From IMG/VR virus record IMGVR_UViG_3300005518_000002, positions 17,860 to 81,859 of that record: a stretch of 64,000 bases of DNA; one strand, written 5' to 3'. The notes beneath the pieces were generated by a model that saw only the letters and a list, made by a program, of their open reading frames with translations, was not told the origin of the DNA and searched no databases. The stretch comes from a virus. The position numbers and the translations under genes are program-made. Positions 30,104 through 37,978 of the stretch are shown here, in pieces (the stretch's first letter is position 1; every line of letters begins with the position of its first letter).

Positions 30104-33100
30104 TCACTTGGCGGAGATTTCTCCCCAGTTGTGGCCCGGCTTCGAGAGATCGCACAGGATCGGCACATCCCTCCATTCCCAGGTGAAAGCGTCCTTGATC
30201 TCTGCGCCGACTTCCGCCGCCAGGTTCTCGGGTACCGAGAACACGAACTCGTCGTGGACCCAGCCCCTCAGGTACGCCCGGTACTCGGGGTGGCGGTCCA
30301 TCAGGCGGAGCAGCACCTCACAGGTGATGTCCCGCGCCCCGCCCTGGCCCATCAGCGCGGGAGCCACCGTGTACGCCCACTTCGGGTCACAGCGCATCAG
30401 GCGCCCGAATCCGTTGTCGAGCAGTTCCCCGTTCGCCCCCTTGGCCCGTACGTCGTCGCGCCATTCCATCAGCCGGGGGAACCGGGCCTCCATTCCGTTG
30501 ACGAAGGCATAAACGATTTTCGGGTCCGCACCGTCTTCGATCATCCGCCGGGCCCCGAGACCGTAGTTCCAGCCGTGACCCCGGGCCTTCGCATCCTGCC
30601 TGCTGATTCCGAGCATGTCCGCGATCAGCTGGTGCGCGTCCTTCTGTGTGCCGTCCTCCTCGAACCCGAACAGCGCCATGTAACCCGGGTCCTGGCAGTG
30701 CCCGGCAATCGCCCGCATGTCGACCTGCGCCAGGTCGCAGGCCATCAGCACGTCCCCGTCGTCCGCCTCGAAGATCTCCCGCTCCACGTGGCGGCCGCCG
30801 TGCTTCCCGTAGACGGTCATGCCCGGTTCGGTGACCGAGCCCCGGCCGCTGGCCTGGCGCATGGACACCTTCGGGTGCACGCGCCCCTCGGGCGTCAGGT
30901 ACTTCTGCGCGGTCTGGTAGACGGTGCGGGTGGTGGTGACCACGCGCATCAGCTCCAGCGCCCGCTTCAGCTCCGCAGGGCACCGCGGGTGCTCCGCCAC
31001 CCGGTCCAGCGTGTCGGCCGCCGTGCTCAGCCTGCCGTTCTCGGTCTTCGGGGGCTGGGTGACGCCGTGCTGCTTCCACAGGTCCGTGAGCCAGGCGATC
31101 CCCTCCGTGGTGGCGAGAGGGGAGCTGAACGGCTCCCTGACGGCCTTGCGTGCCTTCCCCCGCCCCCGCATCACCTCCCGGGACAGCGGGAGCCCGTAGC
31201 CCTCGCTGAGCTCTTTGAGGGCTGCCTGCTTCTTCTCCTCCCCGTCCCGCAGCCGCTGGTTCAGCAGCTCCGTGTTGACCTTGAACCCGTTGAGCGTCAT
31301 CCGCCCCATGAGGGGGAGGATCCTGTGCTCGCGCCGGGTGTAGTCGTCCGAGGGCAGGATCCCGCGCACCGCCCGGGAGGCTTCAAGATCGCCCCGCAGG
31401 TAGTCGTTGTACTCAGAGTCATCTTTCGGGATCTTGTCGAACCCGCCGTGCTTGCGCGCCAGAACCCGGATGTCGTTGGTCTTCCCGGCCACCCCGTAGC
31501 GCTGAGCCACATGATCCAGATCGTACTCGTCCACCGACGACTTGCCCCGGCTCCTCGGGGGGTGCGCCTGCCGGGCGAGAGGTTCGGTGTCGACCGCCTT
31601 GCGGGCGAACGCGTCGAAGTCCATCCGGTGCCAGTGCGCGAGTGCCGGGCCGTCGAACCCGAGGATGTTGTGCCCGTAGACCTCCGGTGCCCGGGAGATC
31701 ATTTCCACCAGTTCCGCGGGGGGCACGCCCGTCCTCGAATTGCCGTGCTGGTCGATCACTCCGGCAAGGCGCACGAAGCCCTCCCCGTAGGTGAACGCGG
31801 CGGACGCGTCAGCGGTCTCCAGGTCGAACCCGATGGGGCCCGAGAGGTCGATTTCCACGGGGGGTGCGGGGTCCGCAAAAGGATCTACGGAGAGGTCGAA
31901 ATCAAGATCGTCCCCAAGGGCGTTCCAAGATCGGGTACCGTCAGTACCGTCAGCGCCGTTAAGTCCTCGTGATGGCTCATTTTTTCTGGTTAACCGGGCT
32001 GACGGTACTGACGGTACCTGATCTTGGTCCAGCTCTGTGACGTGCATTTTTTCATTTTTCGCTTGTTCAGTGTTCAACGACTTTTCTCCCTCCAGAATTT
32101 TTTCTGCGCCCGTTTTGTACCCATTCTCGCGACCGGCCGCGGGACCCTCCGACGGACCCCGGAAAGGATCATCAGGACAGTCCGTGCAGTCGTCCCCGGG
32201 AAGATCGTCCGGGGTGAATTTCAGCCCCCTCCAGGCGTAGTAGGTCGACCCGAGAGGAACGGACATTCCGGACGGCCGGGAGAGCCCCGACTGCTTTTTG
32301 ATCTTCTTCCTGTCGACCGGATTCTGCGACACCAGGTCGTGTCCCCCGAACCGGCTCACGAAGGTTTTGTCCCCCCATTCCTTCTGTCCCTTGTCCTTGA
32401 TGTAGGAGTTGAAATCCGCGTACAGCTCCTTTGCGATCACGTGTGAGGCGTCGTCGAACTCCAGCCGGTCCTGGATGTACGACATGATCAGATCGGAGGA
32501 CCGGCGCCATTCCTGGGTGTCCTTGTCCACCCGGTCCGGAGGAGGGGGCATGATCGTACCCAGCTCGTACCAGCGCCGGGCACCGGCCGCCATCCACGCC
32601 AGAACGGCCTCCTGGATCTTCGGATCGGTCTTGCAGCGGTCACGGAGCGTAGCGTCACCGAGCCGGTCGTTCGGCCCTTTCACCTCTTCCTGCGTCTTGC
32701 GGTAGGTGTAGGGCCAGCGCACCAGCGCCAGGCGCCTCCAGGTGCCGTGGTCCGTCTCGTCGACCACCGGCTTGTGGTTGGAGTTGATGAACAGGCTGTG
32801 CGTCGCCTTGAAGGTCACCGGGTCCTGCCGGATGCGCCGGGCCGTCACGTACGCCGTACCGGCCAGCTTCTTCGCCCGGTTGGTGTCCAGGCGCCGGGCC
32901 TCCGGCGTCTCCTCCAGCACCGCGTAGCGCGCCCCCATCAGATCCATCATTTCGGTGGGGTGGTTGTCGTTCGCGTTGCCGAGCATCACCCGGTCGCTCA
33001 CCTGCACGTGGTACTTCCCGGCTGCTTTGGCGCACGCGTCGTAGATCGTGCTCTTGCCGTTGGCCCCGCCGCCCTGACAGATCAGGATCAGATCGTCCGG

Positions 33101-34402
33101 AGTCATGTGCCCGGTGATCGCCTGTCCCTCCCTCAGCTGGAACCACTCCACCACGTCACCCGGCAGGGCCAGCAGCGCCTTGTCCCAGTCCGCGTGGTGT
33201 GCGTCCTTGACGAAGTCCACTCCCGCAATCTTCGTCATCAGCTGGTCGGGATCATGCGGCGTCAGCACCCCGGTCTTCAGGTCCACCACACCGTTGGGGC
33301 AGTTGAGCAGATCCGGATCGCCGTCGAAGCTCTCCGCGTCGCACTCCAGCGTTCCCTTCGCCAGCCGGATCACCGCACCCACCCGGCTCGCGCTCAGCAC
33401 GCCCCGCCAGCCGTCCACCGCCGCACCCAGGTCCCTGCCCGTGCCGCTGTGCTGCGCGTCCACGGCCCGGTGGTAGTGCTCCAGTGCCCAGCGGCTCACC
33501 GTCTCCACGACAGTGACCTCCGTGGCCTCCTTCCACACCTTGCCGGTCCACTGCATCCACCCCATGCCCGCAGCCCAGCGGAAGCGGCCGTCCAGCTCCT
33601 CGTCGCACACCGTGTCGGCCAGCACCCTGTCCGTGAACGTGGCGTCGCGCGATTCGTTGGGCAGCTGGTCCATGCTGGCCTGGCCGAGGACTTCCAGCGT
33701 CCCTCCGGCATGGAAGAAGTCGTCCACGCCCTTCACGGCCGTGCCGTCCACCTCGGCCGGGATGATCAGGTACCGGACCGTGGCACCCTTGCTCTCCAGC
33801 CAGCGGCCGAGCCGCTGCATGGCCAGAAGAACGTTTCTCTTCTCCCGGGCGTCCGCGTCGAAACAGACCACGACCGTCCGGTCCATCAGGGGAATGTCTT
33901 CCCAGTCCCCGAGCGTTCCCATCTTGCTGCGCCAGTTGAACACCCCGGTCAGCGTGATCACTGCCTTGCCCAGGGAGGCCAGGCAGTCGGCCTTCTTCAG
34001 CCCTTCCGTGATCCACAGCGGTTCGCTCGGGTCGCGCACCCCGTCGCTCACGGGCGGGGGGACGTCCAGCCGGTTGGGCACGCCGGTCTGGCTGGCGTAC
34101 TTCTGGAGCTTGCCGCCGGGGGCCTCCTGCGGAATGGCAGGCTTGAACTGGCAGCCGATCTTCTCGCCGGTCACCCGGTACATCGGGATGAGCAGCCCCG
34201 GGAACGCCATCGGGTCCCGCCATGCCCAGCGCGGCACCCGCAGGTCGTGCAGCCGGGCCTGGTCGTCGTCCGAGCCGTACAGGGTCTCGTACCCGCGGGC
34301 GCGGCGCACCTCCTCGCTGATGCAGCTCTCCTCCAGCTCCCGCAGGTGCCCGGCCATCAGCTCCTGGGCAGCTGCCACGGGTGGTTCCTCGGTGGTCGTC
34401 AC
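30104..34402 (-). CDS. Fusion: DUF3854 TOPRIM primase + D5/SF3 helicase + 3'-5' exonuclease + family A DNA polymerase
   Basis: WITEGLKKAD, VCFDAD, KGVDD; LNCPNGVVDL, GGGANGKST; FDLET, HNILGFD; DLAQVDMR, RQDAKARGHGWNYG, WVHDE; one 1432-aa frame. Confidence 0.9.
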   Translation of the reverse strand: MTTTEEPPVAAAQELMAGHLRELEESCISEEVRRARGYETLYGSDDDQARLHDLRVPRWAWRDPMAFPGLLIPMYRVTGEKIGCQFKPAIPQEAPGGKLQKYASQTGVPNRLDVPPPVSDGVRDPSEPLWITEGLKKADCLASLGKAVITLTGVFNWRSKMGTLGDWEDIPLMDRTVVVCFDADAREKRNVLLAMQRLGRWLESKGATVRYLIIPAEVDGTAVKGVDDFFHAGGTLEVLGQASMDQLPNESRDATFTDRVLADTVCDEELDGRFRWAAGMGWMQWTGKVWKEATEVTVVETVSRWALEHYHRAVDAQHSGTGRDLGAAVDGWRGVLSASRVGAVIRLAKGTLECDAESFDGDPDLLNCPNGVVDLKTGVLTPHDPDQLMTKIAGVDFVKDAHHADWDKALLALPGDVVEWFQLREGQAITGHMTPDDLILICQGGGANGKSTIYDACAKAAGKYHVQVSDRVMLGNANDNHPTEMMDLMGARYAVLEETPEARRLDTNRAKKLAGTAYVTARRIRQDPVTFKATHSLFINSNHKPVVDETDHGTWRRLALVRWPYTYRKTQEEVKGPNDRLGDATLRDRCKTDPKIQEAVLAWMAAGARRWYELGTIMPPPPDRVDKDTQEWRRSSDLIMSYIQDRLEFDDASHVIAKELYADFNSYIKDKGQKEWGDKTFVSRFGGHDLVSQNPVDRKKIKKQSGLSRPSGMSVPLGSTYYAWRGLKFTPDDLPGDDCTDCPDDPFRGPSEGPAAGRENGYKTGAEKILEGEKSLNTEQAKNEKMHVTELDQDQVPSVPSARLTRKNEPSRGLNGADGTDGTRSWNALGDDLDFDLSVDPFADPAPPVEIDLSGPIGFDLETADASAAFTYGEGFVRLAGVIDQHGNSRTGVPPAELVEMISRAPEVYGHNILGFDGPALAHWHRMDFDAFARKAVDTEPLARQAHPPRSRGKSSVDEYDLDHVAQRYGVAGKTNDIRVLARKHGGFDKIPKDDSEYNDYLRGDLEASRAVRGILPSDDYTRREHRILPLMGRMTLNGFKVNTELLNQRLRDGEEKKQAALKELSEGYGLPLSREVMRGRGKARKAVREPFSSPLATTEGIAWLTDLWKQHGVTQPPKTENGRLSTAADTLDRVAEHPRCPAELKRALELMRVVTTTRTVYQTAQKYLTPEGRVHPKVSMRQASGRGSVTEPGMTVYGKHGGRHVEREIFEADDGDVLMACDLAQVDMRAIAGHCQDPGYMALFGFEEDGTQKDAHQLIADMLGISRQDAKARGHGWNYGLGARRMIEDGADPKIVYAFVNGMEARFPRLMEWRDDVRAKGANGELLDNGFGRLMRCDPKWAYTVAPALMGQGGARDITCEVLLRLMDRHPEYRAYLRGWVHDEFVFSVPENLAAEVGAEIKDAFTWEWRDVPILCDLSKPGHNWGEISAK
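31934..32018. repeat. 29-bp inverted repeat beside AT-rich tract; candidate origin
   Basis: GGTACCGTCAGTACCGTCAGCGCCGTTAA (31934-31962) / TTAACCGGGCTGACGGTACTGACGGTACC (31990-32018). Confidence 0.8.
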
Positions 34403-34605
34403 AGCGCAGCCTCTTTCCTGGCCGGGCTGGCGACGGGCTGCGGGGTGATGAGCTGCATGAGCTCACTCCGCCGCACCCGCACGCTCCTCGGGCCGACGCG
34501 GTACTTGGTCAGCCGCTGCTCGTTGAACCAGCGGCGGATGGTCTTCGGGTCCTTACCGGCCAGCCGTGCAGCCTCCGGAACCGTGATGTACTCGTCTTCT
34601 TCCAC
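34399..34605 (-). CDS. Excisionase-family (MerR-like) HTH protein
   Basis: YITVPEAARLAGKDPKTIRRW...YRVGPRSVRV; AAGGAGG RBS. Confidence 0.8.
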   Translation of the reverse strand: MEEDEYITVPEAARLAGKDPKTIRRWFNEQRLTKYRVGPRSVRVRRSELMQLITPQPVASPARKEAAL

Positions 34606-34711
34606 CTGGAGCACCTCCTTCCACATGTAGGGGTCAACTGACCTCACTGTACCCCGCGAGGGGTCAGGGGGGTATATTGGAGGGAGCATACCGCGAACAA
34701 GGAGACTGATC

Positions 34712-35218
34712 ATGGACCAGTGCCTCAGGTGCGCCCATCCGGCGCATCCCACGAAGACCTGCCAGGAGAACACCGATCCCGACTTCCCCGACGCGGGCAC
34801 GGACTGCGGCTGCACTCCGGTGCAGGTGCACGAGGTGTTAGCGGCCGAGCGCCGGGCACAGCACCTGGCCCGGTTCAGCGACGGAGAACTGCGCAGCCGC
34901 CTGAACGACCTGCTGGTCCAGTGCGACAAGGAGCAGAAGGCGTACCCCGCTACGGGCAAGGCGGGTTACCTGTACGTCGAGGAGATCTACCGGCTGCTGG
35001 GCCTGTCGCCCGAGGGGAAGATCCGGGAGAGCCGCGCGGCCGCGGAGCTCTCCCAGATGATCGAGCAGGGCCGCGCGGCCGAAGTGCTGGAGGCGTACGA
35101 CGACCATCACCTCAGCTGCGGCTACGTCGCCGGGATCATCAGCCACGTGGCGGCCGAGGGCGGCGAGATGACCGCGCAGGAGTTCGCCCGGTCCCTCCAG
35201 GAAGAGGCGCAGAAGTGA
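34712..35218 (+). CDS. Hypothetical protein, first gene of rightward operon; contains a TTA codon
   Basis: AAGGAG RBS; N-terminal Cys/His; in-frame TTA at 34838-34840. Confidence 0.7.
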   Translation: MDQCLRCAHPAHPTKTCQENTDPDFPDAGTDCGCTPVQVHEVLAAERRAQHLARFSDGELRSRLNDLLVQCDKEQKAYPATGKAGYLYVEEIYRLLGLSPEGKIRESRAAAELSQMIEQGRAAEVLEAYDDHHLSCGYVAGIISHVAAEGGEMTAQEFARSLQEEAQK

Positions 35219-35331
35219 AGGCCGGACAGGACACGACCCCGTGCCCCTGCGCGTGCAGTCCGGGAACCCGGTGCAGCTGCACCGGCTGTGTCTGCGAGGA
35301 GCACCACCCGGAGGAAACCGATGAGCGCTGA
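35215..35331 (+). CDS. 38-aa Cys-rich metallothionein-like peptide
   Basis: MKAGQDTTPCPCACSPGTRCSCTGCVCEEHHPEETDER (GTG start); overlaps both neighbours. Confidence 0.5.
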   Translation: MKAGQDTTPCPCACSPGTRCSCTGCVCEEHHPEETDER

Positions 35332-37978
35332 CATGATCCGCCTGCGCGACTACCAGAACGAGTGCGTGGACAAGGTGATTGCCGCCTGGCTCACCAACAC
35401 CCAGCGTCCGGCCGTCGTGCTCCCGACCGGCTGTCATCGGGCGGGGCAACGCGTTCTCATGTACGACGGCTCCGTCTGCACTGTCGAGAACGTCCGGGCT
35501 GGTGATCGCCTCATGGGTCCTGACAGCACCCCTCGTGAGGTTCTGTCCCTGGCCCGGGGTACCGGACCCATGATGGAGGTCCGGCCGGTCAAAGGACGCC
35601 CCTGGGTGGTCAATGATGAGCACGTGCTGACTCTGGTCCGCACCGCAGCCGGGGGTAAATACCCCTCGGAGCAGGGGGGCGTGATCACCGACGTAGCGCT
35701 GCCGGACTGGTGGCAGTGGGCCCGGTACCGGAAGCACACCCATAAGATCTTCAGGGTGCCGGTCGACTTTCCCGCTCAGCCTGTGCCGGACCTCGATCCG
35801 TATTTTCTCGGAGTAGTGCTCGGAGATGGGTCACTGTCCGTCCGGCACCGGCTGTCGATCGCCACGGCGGACCCGGAGATCACGGAACTGTGCGAGCAGG
35901 TGGCACAGGACCACGGCCGACGGGGCGGGGGCAATCCCCTGGTGACAAAAATCCGTGCACTGGGACTGTGCCCGATCGCATGCGCAGACCGGTTCGTTCC
36001 GGAGATCTACAAACTGGGCAGCCGGAAGGTCCGGCTGGAGACCTTGGCCGGTCTGATCGACTCGGACGGAGCTCTGTCCGGGGACGGATACGACTTCGGA
36101 TCCAAGTCAGAACGGTTGGCCGATGACGTGGCGTTCATGGCCCGGAGTCTCGGGCTGGCTGCGTACGTAACCAAGCGTCCGAGCGGCCATTACCGGGTGT
36201 CGGTCTCCGGGGACTGCACAGTCATCCCGGTGCGGATCAGGCGTAAGAAAGCACCAGCACGGACGGCAGTCAAGGATGTGCTGCGTACGGGATTCGATGT
36301 GATCCCCACGGGCACTGTGGAGCCGTATTACGGGTTCCACCTGGACGGCGACCACCGATACCTCCTGGACGATTTCACGGTGACGCACAACTCGGGCAAG
36401 ACTGTGATCTTCTCCCATCTGGCGGACGACTGGCTCAACCACCGCGGCCGGGGCACCCGCGTCGTGATCCTGGTGCACCGTGATGAGCTGGCCGACCAGG
36501 CGATCCGCAAGCTGCACGACGTCGCACCCCACATGAGCGTCGGCAAGGTCAAAGCGGCGGACAACGACGTCCATGCCGACGTCATGGTCTGCTCCGTGCA
36601 GACCCTGGCCCGCCAGTCCCGTCTGGACCGGCTGATCAGCAGCCAGTACGCGTTCTCTCCCCCGGGAGAACCGGCTCCGCTGGAGCGGCCGATCGGACTG
36701 GTCATCGTGGACGAATGCCATCATGCCGCCGCACCCAGCTACCGCCGGATCATGGAACAGCTGGGCTGCTTCACCCTGGAGCCGGAAAATGCCTACGGCC
36801 ACTGCGCCGGTACCCGGGCGGTAGGCTTCACCGCCACCCTGGCCCGCGGTGACGGGGTGGGGCTGGGCTCCGTGTGGGACAGCGTGGCCTACACCCGCAC
36901 CACCCTGGAGATGATCCGGGACGGCTTCCTGACGGACGTCAAGGGGCGTAACGTCGATCTTGATTTCGACCTGTCGGGGGTCAAGACCTCCGCGGGCGAC
37001 TACCAGGCCAAGTCGCTCGGAGAGGCGATCGTCTCGGCCGACGGTCCGCGCAAGATCGCTGCCGCTGTCCTGGAGTACGCGGAGGACCGGCGCCCGATCG
37101 TCTTCACGCCCGACGTGGCCAGCGCCTATCTCACCGCGGCGGAGCTGGACAAGCTCGGCATCCTGTGTGACGTGGTGGAGGGCAACACCAGCCGCGAGGA
37201 GCGCCAGCTGATCTACAAGAAGTACCGCACCGGGGAATTGCAGGCCGTGGTCAACTGCATGGTGCTGACCGAGGGAGCCGACTTCCCCTGGGCGGACTGC
37301 GCGGTGATCGCCCGTCCGACCAGGAGCGCCCCGCTCTACATTCAGATGGTCGGCCGTGTGCTGCGTCCCTGGCCCGGCAAGTCCGACGCGCTGGTGCTCA
37401 ACGTGATCGGCCAGGGCGGCACCATCTCCACCCTGATCGACCTGGACCCGGGCCTGGTCACCACGCCCCGGCCGGGGGAGTCACTGGCCGACGCCTACAC
37501 CCGGCAGGAGGAACGGGCGGACTCGAAGGTCCCCGCCGGATCACTCGCCTTCGAGCTCAAGTACCGCGACATGGACCTGTTCGCCGCCTCCAGCCAGGCG
37601 TGGCTGCGCACCCCCGGCGGGGTGATGTTCCTCCCCCTCGGACAGGGAGAGGTCTTCCTGTGGCCGGACGCAGAGGGCACCTGGGCGGTGTGCTTCGCCC
37701 CCACTCAGGGTCGCAAGTGGGTCCGCCTGCACCGGGAGCTTCCCCTCGGCCTGGCCATGGCATGGGCGGAAACCGAGGCGGGCGCGGCGGTCTTCGCCCT
37801 GTCGGCCAAGGACAAGCGCTGGCGCAAGGAGAAGGCCGACGCCAAGCAGATCGGCAAGGCCCGCTCGATGGGTATCGACGTCGGGCCCGACCCCCGCAAG
37901 GGGTCAGTGTCAGACGCCATCAGTACAGTGCTCGCGAGCTGGAAGTTCGATGAGCGCGTGAAGAAGGTCCAGGTATGA
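35321..37978 (+). CDS. SF2 DExH helicase interrupted by an intein
   Basis: LRDYQ, PTG|intein|SGKT, DECHH, GFTAT, LTEGADFP, QMVGRVLR. Confidence 0.92.
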   Translation: MSADMIRLRDYQNECVDKVIAAWLTNTQRPAVVLPTGCHRAGQRVLMYDGSVCTVENVRAGDRLMGPDSTPREVLSLARGTGPMMEVRPVKGRPWVVNDEHVLTLVRTAAGGKYPSEQGGVITDVALPDWWQWARYRKHTHKIFRVPVDFPAQPVPDLDPYFLGVVLGDGSLSVRHRLSIATADPEITELCEQVAQDHGRRGGGNPLVTKIRALGLCPIACADRFVPEIYKLGSRKVRLETLAGLIDSDGALSGDGYDFGSKSERLADDVAFMARSLGLAAYVTKRPSGHYRVSVSGDCTVIPVRIRRKKAPARTAVKDVLRTGFDVIPTGTVEPYYGFHLDGDHRYLLDDFTVTHNSGKTVIFSHLADDWLNHRGRGTRVVILVHRDELADQAIRKLHDVAPHMSVGKVKAADNDVHADVMVCSVQTLARQSRLDRLISSQYAFSPPGEPAPLERPIGLVIVDECHHAAAPSYRRIMEQLGCFTLEPENAYGHCAGTRAVGFTATLARGDGVGLGSVWDSVAYTRTTLEMIRDGFLTDVKGRNVDLDFDLSGVKTSAGDYQAKSLGEAIVSADGPRKIAAAVLEYAEDRRPIVFTPDVASAYLTAAELDKLGILCDVVEGNTSREERQLIYKKYRTGELQAVVNCMVLTEGADFPWADCAVIARPTRSAPLYIQMVGRVLRPWPGKSDALVLNVIGQGGTISTLIDLDPGLVTTPRPGESLADAYTRQEERADSKVPAGSLAFELKYRDMDLFAASSQAWLRTPGGVMFLPLGQGEVFLWPDAEGTWAVCFAPTQGRKWVRLHRELPLGLAMAWAETEAGAAVFALSAKDKRWRKEKADAKQIGKARSMGIDVGPDPRKGSVSDAISTVLASWKFDERVKKVQV
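35432..36391 (+). mobile_element. Intein (320 aa) with LAGLIDADG homing endonuclease, in Walker A
   Basis: Starts CHRAGQRVLMYDGS, block B VNDEHVL, LGVVLGDG and LAGLIDSDG, ends VTHN before Ser. Confidence 0.93.

Noticed and set aside
34399-34605. Evidence for an integrated prophage from the excisionase-like gene
   Set aside because: No integrase, att site or host genes in the window; such HTH proteins are common regulators
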